DNA of 64,000 nt, taken from an uncultured Acidobacteriota bacterium. GTDB lineage: Bacteria > Acidobacteriota > UBA6911 > RPQK01 > JAPXNP01. Below are positions 11,558 through 21,289 of this stretch, in pieces (the first letter of the stretch is position 1; each line of letters opens with the position of its first letter). The position numbers and the translations under genes were made by a program. Below the pieces are notes generated by a model, which ran no database searches, was not told the origin of the DNA, and saw only the letters and a program-made list of their open reading frames with translations. Location of the stretch: contig CAVZRV010000008.1 of assembly GCA_963777605.1 (NCBI GenBank), forward strand, positions 1-64,000, read 5' to 3'.

Positions 11558-14500
11558 TTACTTGATCTGGATTCGCTCGCCTATTTTCGATCGCCTCTTG
11601 GAGTTCACTGCGCAATCGTTCAAGAAAGTCATCGACGGCTTCAGAGGTCTCGAGAAACTCACTCGCATCAAGTTGCTTGGGCTGAGATCACCTTCCTGCG
11701 GTTTGAGGCTTGGGTCGGCCTCTTCTCCGTCAGATTTCCTTCAATTTGAGGAACTCTTCGATCTTCCGAAAAGCGGCTTCAACCGAACGCTCAGCCCGCT
11801 GCTCCAGCTGGCCAATGTGAGCCAGACTCATTTCCCGGCTCAGCCGGAGCCGGAGCGTCTTCGAAGGGAGACAGGCATGAAGCCCGCAAACCTTCATCGG
11901 CTTCCACGCTGTCAAGCTCTGATTCGACGGCCTTCTGCCTGCCCTCAATAACAGCACCAGTCTTGACCCTTCCGTCTGCGATCAGCCGGGAGTTAACGTT
12001 TTCTACGTGTTGATGAGGCCGTCGGCTTCCTTGATGAGGGGATAGGGGCTCTTGGCCTTGAGGATGTCACCGATTCTCGCCAGGGCTGGAGCCGCCTGTT
12101 GATCCTGCTCCAGTTCAAACCGATTCAGACTGAAGTTGTCCCAAGCCTTTCGGAGCTTTTCCCAGACCGGCTTCTGGTGCCTGTAGAAATGATCCAGATC
12201 ATGGATAGTCATCGACCAGTTCCAAAAGGTCTGACTTGTTCTCATTGAAGCGTTGAATGAACTTGGTGCTGTCCTCGACTCCCAAGAGCGATTGGATGAG
12301 ACGAAGGCCTTCGCTAATCTCTTCTCTGCCCGGGGTAGCTTCCGGTTTCCGCAAGGGTTCGATAGCCCAGAAGTTCAGTCTGCCAGGCTCTCAGCTTCTC
12401 CGAAAGGAACTGTGAACGGGCTTCCTCTCCGTCCGGGCCCATCTCGGAGAAGACATCCTTCCCCAGAGTTCCGGGCATCTTGAATCGCCTTCGGATCGGC
12501 GGCTTTCTTCTGGAGGATCGTCAGCTTCCGACGTTTCGCCGGAGTCGTCAGCGGTTCATAGGCCTTTTCCGGCGGAAGAATGCGCCGCATCCATCATCAG
12601 GCTGATCTCGCCGAGCACCAGCAGCCGAGCAATCAGCAAGACCACTTCCAACTCGGGCCAGCCGTAAGGCCTGAGTGAGTACCGCTTCTCAATCAGCTCC
12701 TGAACCACCATCTGCCGGCTGACCTTGGTACACAACTCGACATGCTGCCGCAGATCGTCAAGCGCCTGGGCGTTGCTTTCCTCGAGCTTGAGCAGTGAGG
12801 CCTGGGCAATATCGTCGCTTCGAAGGATTGCCTGGATTTCCTTCAGCTGATTCTCGCTAGAGCTTCTCCAAATAGCCCATCTTGCTGAAGGTGTTCCTGA
12901 TCAGGTAATCGACTGCTTCCTCCAGGGCGGGAGCCGGTACGGACGACTTGATCGTCAGCTTCTGGCCGGCCGCGAAGTACTCCGCTTCGGCCAGCAGAAT
13001 CTCCACGAGATGAGCGATCCTCTCTCTCCGCTCGCGATTCTCCTCGGCCAGGTCGCGGTGAACGCGCGCGGGTTGACGCGGGTAGGGTGCCGTCATCCCG
13101 AGTCCGGAGGTACTTGTCTGTCTTGAGATAGGCTCGGATCTCACGCCCCAGAGCCTCGTTGTCTTCAAGCCGGATGACGACCTGGCCCTCCTCGTTGTTG
13201 CTTTCCAGGACGCACTTGGAGTCGTTATAGAAGCATCGTACTCATCGGCCATCGGCGTGAAAACCAGAACATTCAGAGCCCCATCCAGTTTGTGGCCGAC
13301 GGGATGGTCGTCACAGATCCGGTTAAAGGTGAAGTCCATCTTGTTGGAGGCGAAGCGGTGTTTTCGGTTGCCCTTGAGGACATCGTCGAAGATGAGCTCG
13401 CCGAGCAGTTTCGCCTCTTCTCCGCCGGCCAGATTGATGCTCTTGATTTCCCGGTTGATGTCCCGCTCTTCGTTGGTCAGAAAGAAATAGGTGTCCCCGC
13501 TTCGGCTGATCAGGGTTTCCCTTTCCAGCCGCTGAAGGCTTTCCTCCACCTGCCGCCGGAGAGCCAGCTTGTCGGCGTCGATCTCGTCGAGAAAGAGGGT
13601 AACCAGATTGTCGACGTTTCCCTTGACCTCATCGACATACCGGATCAGGAAGAGGACCTGGAGGAGCTTGATGTCCACGGGCTCAGCATGCTGTTGTCTG
13701 CCGCCTGGTCGATGGTCTTCTTGACCGCGGTATCGAGAAAGCTCTCGATCGATGGGTAGAATTCGTAGAGTGGGACCAGTACATTGATCTCCTTGTCGGC
13801 AACCGCTCGTCCTGCTGACTGAAAGGCGTCCAGGACGGAGCGCTCCCCCCTCGATAGATGAAGGCCGGTGGCCCCAGCTTTGCGGATCGCCTCGAAGATC
13901 TTCTGTACGAGCTGGAACTGATAAGGGGCGAAAGGGTAGTTCCGGGCGAAGTCGTCGGCATCCTTGAAATTGCCGGAAGGTCATGCCCACTTTGCCGAAG
14001 GTGAGCTGGTTCTTCAGGATGTCGCCCTTGCTCGTTGAACACTCGTTTCAAGTCGGGCTCGACCGAAGCGAGCTTCGCCAAAAGCCGCTCTTGAATGACC
14101 TCATCGACATTGGCGCTTGAGAGGGAAAGGCGGGTGCGGAAGCGTCCCTGGATCTTGGAGAAATCGTTCGCTCTGGTGACCCTCATCTCACCGAGGACGG
14201 AATCGATATCCTCCTGGGATGTGACCGCGACCCAGGCCCGGCCCTGACAGGCCGTCCCGAGGTTTTCGGTGATGGTCTGAAGGTTGAGCATCAGGTGGGT
14301 GTCGGAGCCGACGAACTGCCCCACTTCATCAACCAGGAAAATAATGCGGTGACCGGTGCCTCGTTTATCCAGGTACTCTCTGACCCACCGGCTGAAATTC
14401 TCGACTGACAGAGAGAAGCTCTCTTCCGCTCCATCAATCCATCGTTCCGCGGCTTCTTTGCTCTGGCCCGTGGCGGCCATCCAGGCCTGGATCACCTCGT

Positions 14501-15133
14501 CGTGATTGAACTGGTAAGCATCCCGTTCCTCGACCCACTCCAATCCGCTGGCAGCCCGGAAGGCCTCTTCGAAGGTTTCGAGCTTGCCCTTGCCACTCAG
14601 GTAGCGCTCCATGTGAGCGATGTGGGGGTGATCCGGGCAGTATCCTTCGGCCTCGTTCAGCACCTTGAGAAACACGGAAAGAGATCGCATCCCGGGATTT
14701 GCGTGTCGGCCTTGCTGTCGATATTGAAGAGGATGACATCCGTCTTCGAGGCAACCGCCCGCTTGATGTCACCCAGAAGAAGCGGATCCTGGATCTTTGA
14801 ATCGAAGAACTCAACGGCCCTCTTCGTCTCCCCGTTGTGGACATGGGACTCGTTCTTGAGCAGATAGGCCAGAACCTTAATGAAGTGCGACTTGCCGGAT
14901 CCAAAGAAGCCGGAGACCCACACCCCGATCCGTCCCGAGAGGTCGGCATCATTCGGGTTGTCGATGGAGTTGCAGTAGGCGGTGAAGAAATTGCGCAGGT
15001 GGCGTTCCATCTCTCTTGTGACCACGAACTCATCCAGCTCCTGCCAGATGGAGGAGGGGTCGAGCTGATCGGCTTTTACGACCCCGTTGATCGGTCGAAA
15101 GATGTCTTTCTTGAAGAGATCTCGAATTCTCAT
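11558..15133 (-). CDS. brxC: BREX P-loop ATPase BrxC (multiple frameshifts)
   Basis: LFKKDIFRPINGVVKADQ, VWVSGFFGSGKSH (Walker A), FLVDEVGQF (Walker B) and FSKIQGRF. About 3.6 kb long. Confidence 0.92.
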
Positions 15134-15141
15134 GACACCCT

Positions 15142-15717
15142 CTAGGGAGCGAGCTTGAATGCCCGGTAGTAATTGTCGTTCTTCAGCTTCCCGAACAGCC
15201 GCAGGGACTGTCCGTCGTAACGTCCGGGATAGAAGAGCACCAAAGGGGTCTTTCCCATGACGGTATGTAAATTGTTCAACAAGGAGTGGGCCCTGAACAT
15301 GGGGTAGACACTGCCGACACCAGAGACGAGCACCAGGTCGTGCTTCTCCGGTTCGGCTTCCATGGCAAACAGCGGCGCGATCTTGCCGGGATGCAGGATC
15401 TTCTCGAGCTGTTTGAGCAGGAATTTGTCCCCTTTCTGCTTTTCGAGCTCGAAGGCTTTGTCGAGCAGATTCCGCTCCTTGAGATGGTTGATAACGAAAT
15501 CGAACAGATTGATGTGCTTGATGCGCAGTCCCATCCGATGCCTCGGGAGGTGCTTGACCAGAAACTCGATGTGCTCGCGGATCCGGAGCTCTTCCTCAGG
15601 GGGATAGTCAAAGATGTAGAACCCGATCTCATTGCCGATCCCCCTTCCGGATAGGAACTCATCGGAGATGAGCTTCGGCAGAATCTCGTTTAACCTCTCT
15701 GTCAGTCGATCGGTCAC
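15142..15717 (-). CDS. brxB: BREX BrxB (DUF1788)
   Basis: GNEIGFYIFDYPPEEE, GVGSVYP, LFYPGRYDGQSLRLF and NYYRAF. The GTG start overlaps the brxA stop. Confidence 0.92.
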   Translation of the reverse strand: MTDRLTERLNEILPKLISDEFLSGRGIGNEIGFYIFDYPPEEELRIREHIEFLVKHLPRHRMGLRIKHINLFDFVINHLKERNLLDKAFELEKQKGDKFLLKQLEKILHPGKIAPLFAMEAEPEKHDLVLVSGVGSVYPMFRAHSLLNNLHTVMGKTPLVLFYPGRYDGQSLRLFGKLKNDNYYRAFKLAP

Positions 15718-16306
15718 GGGCCCACCTGTATGCAACGCAAGACATAGGTTTCGTTGTTGGTTTCGAGATAGCGGATCACCGGCCGAGCGATGTAGTTGGT
15801 CTGCAGGGTCAGGGACCGGGAGTTGTTGACGTACCCGGCCTCAGAGAGGACCAGGTGGATCGACTGTCGGAGTCTTTCTTTCGTGCCGGCCGACCACTCC
15901 GGCATCTCAGGGTCCCGGGCCCGGCAGTCTTCAAGATAGCGTTCCCAGAGACGGTTAGAAAGCGTTTCAGCGTAGAGTTTGTACTGCTCCCGAAGAACGA
16001 GGTCGAGATAATCGCCGAGGAGATAGCTGTGTTTTACCGCTGCGGCAAGGCATGCATGAGTGGCAACACGTTGCCAGACCCGTCTCGAACCAGCTCCCAC
16101 AGTTCGGGCTTCATCAGTTCCAAGCGTTGGCGGATCATCCGGCCCGAAACGCCGGCGGTTTCCTGAGTCCGAGCCTGAAGGACATTGGCTTCGAGAAGAG
16201 ACTGCTTCCATGAATCGTCGTCCACACCGTCGAGCAGCAATCCCGCAATCACGCGGCTCTCCGCAACCTTCAGTGCCCCAGCAGTAATGTCCGCTCGATA
16301 CCTCAT
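15714..16306 (-). CDS. brxA: BREX BrxA (DUF1819), frameshifted
   Basis: MRYRADITAGALKVAESRVIAGLLL..NVLQ, then a frame shift to LAAAVKHSYLLGDY..WSAGTKERLRQSIHLVLSEAGY. Confidence 0.9.
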
Positions 16307-16493
16307 CTCCGGTTATTCATCTTGAATTCTCACTCTCAGGATTGCAAGGCGAGAAGTTCAGGAGGTTAGCAGGCGGCCCCCTTATCAAAGGTGAAGCAGA
16401 ACACAATGGCCAGCTCGACTCTCTTAAAACGGCCTCAGGATTCAACTATCATGGTTTCTGAAGTGAGGAATTCGTTGAAGAGGAGCAGGGAGC

Positions 16494-16901
16494 ATGAATG
16501 ACTGGCTTGCGATTGGCCCCACCGAGAATTGGAAGATCGGGATCAAGAAGAAAGTTTGGGCGGTTTCACCGGCGCAGAGTAAGACCTGGGAGAAGGTCGA
16601 GGCCGGTGACCGGGTCTTCTTTTACGCCACCGCGCCCGTGAAGGGAATCATCGGCTATGGGACTGTCTCCCGCACCAAGGTGGATGAGAAGCCCTTCTGG
16701 CCTCAGGAGAAGGAAAAGGGGCACACGCTCTGGCCATTCCGAATCGATTTCTCCGATGTGACTGTGATCGGCGCCCATGACTGGGAAGAAAAACGTATCG
16801 CCCCCGAGCGCCAGGGAATCGTCTTCCAGCGGGCGTTCCAGCCGGTGACTGTAGAGCGATCAGACGAGTGGCAGAAAGCACTGGCCAAGGTGGCGGTCTG
16901 A
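16494..16901 (+). CDS. Stand-alone EVE (PUA-like) domain protein
   Basis: WLAIGPTENW..KVWAV..VEAGDRVFFYATAPVKGIIGYGTV..FWP..WPFRIDF matches the EVE pattern. A purine-rich RBS lies upstream and the ORF is intact. Confidence 0.8.
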   Translation: MNDWLAIGPTENWKIGIKKKVWAVSPAQSKTWEKVEAGDRVFFYATAPVKGIIGYGTVSRTKVDEKPFWPQEKEKGHTLWPFRIDFSDVTVIGAHDWEEKRIAPERQGIVFQRAFQPVTVERSDEWQKALAKVAV

Positions 16902-16944
16902 CCAGCCGTGGTCCCAGCTACTCGCTCTTTTCATAGGGTGATTT

Positions 16945-17235
16945 CTAGTCCTTGCTTCCAAACTTGGACTTCAGGCGATCTAGTTTGAACTCGAGATCCC
17001 GCTCAACTTGAGAATGTACAGCCCCGGACGAATCGGCCCAATCGGCTGTCTGAGCGATCGAATAGCGAAAGGTCACAGAACCCCCACGTTCCAGTGGAAA
17101 TTCAATTCGGAACCGTTGGTCGAGGGTAGCGGCTTCTTCGCCATCTTGAACTTGCGTGTAACTGATACCCTTCTCATCAAGACCTTGAATGATTCTCTGT
17201 TTGAGCTTCTGACGGGATTCTTCAATCTTGCCCAT
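16945..17235 (-). CDS. Hypothetical protein, 96 aa
   Basis: ATG with a GGAGG RBS; MGKIEESRQKLKQRIIQGL...; convergent with the EVE gene. Confidence 0.6.
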   Translation of the reverse strand: MGKIEESRQKLKQRIIQGLDEKGISYTQVQDGEEAATLDQRFRIEFPLERGGSVTFRYSIAQTADWADSSGAVHSQVERDLEFKLDRLKSKFGSKD

Positions 17236-17304
17236 GTCAGCCCTCCGGACCGATTCTACCAATTCCCAGACGATTAGCGTTGCAGAGCACTCCTCAGACC
17301 GACC

Positions 17305-17390
17305 TGCCATTTCGCCGCGCCCGATAAGGCCCTCGATCTCCAGCTGAGGGAAGTGGTCGACTACAGACTGCAAGGCCGGCGGTAAGGAAT
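17305..17390 (-). pseudogene. Short remnant resembling the start of a Hanks-type Ser/Thr kinase
   Basis: Reads LPPALQSVVDHFPQLEIEGLIGRGEMAG, compared with the typical FPQLEIxxLxGRGGMG Gly-loop entry. Nothing kinase-like follows. Confidence 0.45.
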
Positions 17391-17584
17391 CGGAGACGGC
17401 CGCTTCGTTGGGGTCGTCCTTCTCGGCATCGATTGAAGGAAGACGTTTCTTGAGGTTTCCCGGTTTCCGGCTCTCTTATTAGATAGAGGGCAACAGAATG
17501 AAGCCACGGTCCCCGGTTGGAGTTTCCGATCGGGGACGTTGCCCTCTTTGGCCAGACCTTATGATGGGAAGACTTCGATTGGTG

Positions 17585-17827
17585 ATGGTTCCGGACAGGA
17601 TTAAGGATGCCGTTCCCGAAGGGTTTCGGGAGAAGCGGGCTGCTCAGTTTGTGGGTGTTGGGATCCATCTGTTTCGACGGCTGGTCCGAGACGGTCGGAT
17701 TGTTCCCCGGTTGCTGGGGAAGACCCGGATCTATCTCCGGGCGGATCTTGAGGAGTTCCTTCGCCAGATCTGCCGGTTGATCACAGAGCCCAGGTGCCCG
17801 CTGGACGAAAGGGGCATCGCCGGTTGA
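17585..17827 (+). CDS. Excisionase-like helix-turn-helix protein
   Basis: FREKRAAQFVGVGIHLFRRLVRDGRIVPRLLGKTRIYLRADLEEFL is an Xis/HTH_17 pattern, directly upstream of the integrase. Confidence 0.8.
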   Translation: MVPDRIKDAVPEGFREKRAAQFVGVGIHLFRRLVRDGRIVPRLLGKTRIYLRADLEEFLRQICRLITEPRCPLDERGIAG

Positions 17828-17961
17828 TCGGGACGCGCATTTGCCCGCCGAGCAAAGGAAACAGTTGCCTGCTGACAGGAAAGGAAGCTTGCCGGTTGAC
17901 GGCCGAGCGCTTAAGATCTCTTCTCAAGACCCGGCTAGACTCCACCGAAAGGAGGACTCCC

Positions 17962-19203
<1,242 letters not shown>

Positions 19204-19220
19204 GCTAGGTCAGAGACGAG

Positions 19221-19250
19221 ATTATAAATCAAAATCTACGTCTTGAGCAA
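19221..19250 (-). promoter_or_regulatory. Sigma70-type promoter of tRNA-Asp
   Basis: TTGCTC-18 bp-TATAAT on the minus strand, just upstream of the tRNA. Confidence 0.7.
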
Positions 19251-19474
19251 CTGGGCTGAAAACAATTGATCGATCGGAAATCGACACACCTGCAACGGGC
19301 AAACCGTTCCCCCGCGAAACAGGTTCGCAAATGAAGCCCGACAGCGACAATTGCGCGTCTGGGACTTCAAGGAATACCTGCCAACCGGCGATCAGTCAGT
19401 GAAGATCCTCGTCGTTTACGCGGCTTCCTCCCCTCGGTGAGCCGCGATTCCCTTCTCAAAAGGCCGACAGATTC

Positions 19475-19843
19475 TCAGACTTCGACCAGCACTCGCTGGA
19501 ACCGACGCTGGTAGCGCAAGGCATCGTTCAATTTCTGACGGATCGCTGTGTGATCGACATCCGCCAATTGGCACCAGTAAGGAAATCCATCATCGTCGCT
19601 GCGAATCCAATCGATCGCTTTCTTCTTAAGCTGGCTGTAATCTTTTCTCGAGGTCTCCTTTACTCCTCCAAGATCGATTACGGCTTCGTGCCAGGCCTGC
19701 TTGAGAATTGCGACGGCGAGATTTCGCTCAGAGCGGAAGTCAGGTTGGTATCGCTTTACCCCAGAATAGCCACCAGAGAAACCCTTGAAAGCCACCGCGG
19801 CATCATAGCACAGCGTCTTTCGATTCCGAAGGAAAAATTTCAA
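19475..19843 (-). CDS. Hypothetical small helical protein (start uncertain)
   Basis: ERNLAVAILKQAWHEA..AIDWIRS..FPYWCQLADVD..IRQKL has protein-like composition. Confidence 0.7.
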   Translation of the reverse strand: MKFFLRNRKTLCYDAAVAFKGFSGGYSGVKRYQPDFRSERNLAVAILKQAWHEAVIDLGGVKETSRKDYSQLKKKAIDWIRSDDDGFPYWCQLADVDHTAIRQKLNDALRYQRRFQRVLVEV

Positions 19844-19941
19844 TCTCTTCGCACCTTTACAGCTGTTCTGTCGGAGGCACGGCAGTGCCGGAAGGTGCTG
19901 GTTGATATGATGTTGGAGCCCAGACAGGAGAGGAAATCAGC

Positions 19942-21183
19942 ATGCAGAGACGAGAACTTCTCAAGGCCGGACTGCTGGCGAGTGGAATCCTGGCGGCATG
20001 TGCCGGACCATCCCAAACCGAGGAACCCGGCAGCAGTCAGGTTGAACTTCCCAACTTGACGCGGGACCTTGCCGACCTTCCAATAGATGAGTACGAGAGC
20101 CGGATCGAACGGCTCCGGAAGCAGGTGGCGGAGGACGGCCTTGCCGGCTTCGTCATGGAGTCCGGGACCACGCTTCAGTACTTCACCGGGGCGAGTTGGT
20201 CGCGCAGTGAACGTCCGTTCATCGTTGTCGCCGGTCCTTCGGGTTCCCTCGTTTGCATCGTTCCGGCCTTCGAGGAGGATCGCGCAAGGGAGCAGTTTCG
20301 CTTCGAAGTCGATGTTCGCACCTGGGAGGAAGATGTCAGCGCGTACGAAGTCGTGGAGAAGGCCCTCGCCGACCTGGGAATTCGCACCGGGCGCATTGCT
20401 GTCGAACCGACGACCCGGTTGTTCATCCAGTCGGGGCTGACTGAGGCCGCTCCGGGAGTGGACTTCGTCAACGGTGCCGCCTACTCGGAACGCTGCAGGT
20501 TGATCAAGTCCTCGCGGGAGATCGAATACATTCGGGTTGCCGACCGCATAACCAAGAATGCGTACGACGCTGCCCTCTCGGATCTGTGGGAGGGGATCTC
20601 AGAAGACGACCTGGCGGAAAAGGTTGCCGACGCCCACCGGCAACAGGGAAGCCGAGGTGGAGCCATGGTGTTGTTCGGAATGAGTTCGGCACTGCCCCAC
20701 GGCTCGAACCAGGTACGCAAGCTCCGGGTCGGCGACGTCCTCCTCATGGACGGCGGCTGCAGTGTCCACGGTTACAAGTCCGATGTCACCCGGAGCATGG
20801 TGTTTGGGGAGCCCTCGGATCTCCAGAAGCGCGTCTGGGACATCGTATTCGAGGCGCAGTCAGCAGCGCTCAAGACCATTCGCCCCGGGGTGACGTGCGG
20901 AGACGTGGACGCCGCCGCCCGGAAGGTCATCGTGGATGCCGGTTACGGGCCGGACTACCGGTTCTTCACCCACCGCCTCGGACATGGTGTCGGACTGGAC
21001 GGACACGAGCCGCCCTACATGGTTCGGGGGAACCCGGTCCGGCTCGAACCGGGCATGGTTTTCAGCGTCGAGCCCGGCGTTTACATCCAGAATCAGTGGG
21101 GAATCCGGCACGAGGATGTCGTTGTGGTGACCGAAGACGGGGTCGAAGTCTTGGGGAACCGGTCATCGAACGTGAGCGTCTGA
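19942..21183 (+). CDS. Xaa-Pro peptidase (M24), Tat/lipoprotein signal
   Basis: QRRELLK..LAAC signal; ALPHG, DGGC..GYKSD, HRLGHGVG, EPGVY and GIRHED motifs. Confidence 0.93.
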   Translation: MQRRELLKAGLLASGILAACAGPSQTEEPGSSQVELPNLTRDLADLPIDEYESRIERLRKQVAEDGLAGFVMESGTTLQYFTGASWSRSERPFIVVAGPSGSLVCIVPAFEEDRAREQFRFEVDVRTWEEDVSAYEVVEKALADLGIRTGRIAVEPTTRLFIQSGLTEAAPGVDFVNGAAYSERCRLIKSSREIEYIRVADRITKNAYDAALSDLWEGISEDDLAEKVADAHRQQGSRGGAMVLFGMSSALPHGSNQVRKLRVGDVLLMDGGCSVHGYKSDVTRSMVFGEPSDLQKRVWDIVFEAQSAALKTIRPGVTCGDVDAAARKVIVDAGYGPDYRFFTHRLGHGVGLDGHEPPYMVRGNPVRLEPGMVFSVEPGVYIQNQWGIRHEDVVVVTEDGVEVLGNRSSNVSV

Positions 21184-21190
21184 CGTTGGA

Positions 21191-21275
21191 GGAATCGAGA
21201 AGTGAGAAGCGGGAAGCTGGAAATTATCTGAGATCCGGGAGGATCCTCGATTCGCGCTTCTCGATTCACGATTCC
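21191..21275. repeat. Inverted arrays of heptamer repeats between convergent genes (possible bidirectional terminator)
   Basis: GGAATCGAGAAGTGAGAAGCGGGAA versus the reverse complement of CCTCGATTCGCGCTTCTCGATTCACGATTCC. Confidence 0.6.
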
Positions 21276-21289
21276 ATCTTCTCCGGCGG

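Noticed and set aside
3284-16306. Programmed frameshifting or genuine split BREX genes
   Set aside because: The indels are too numerous and scattered, and they also affect the integrase and the TonB-like gene. Consensus error is more parsimonious.
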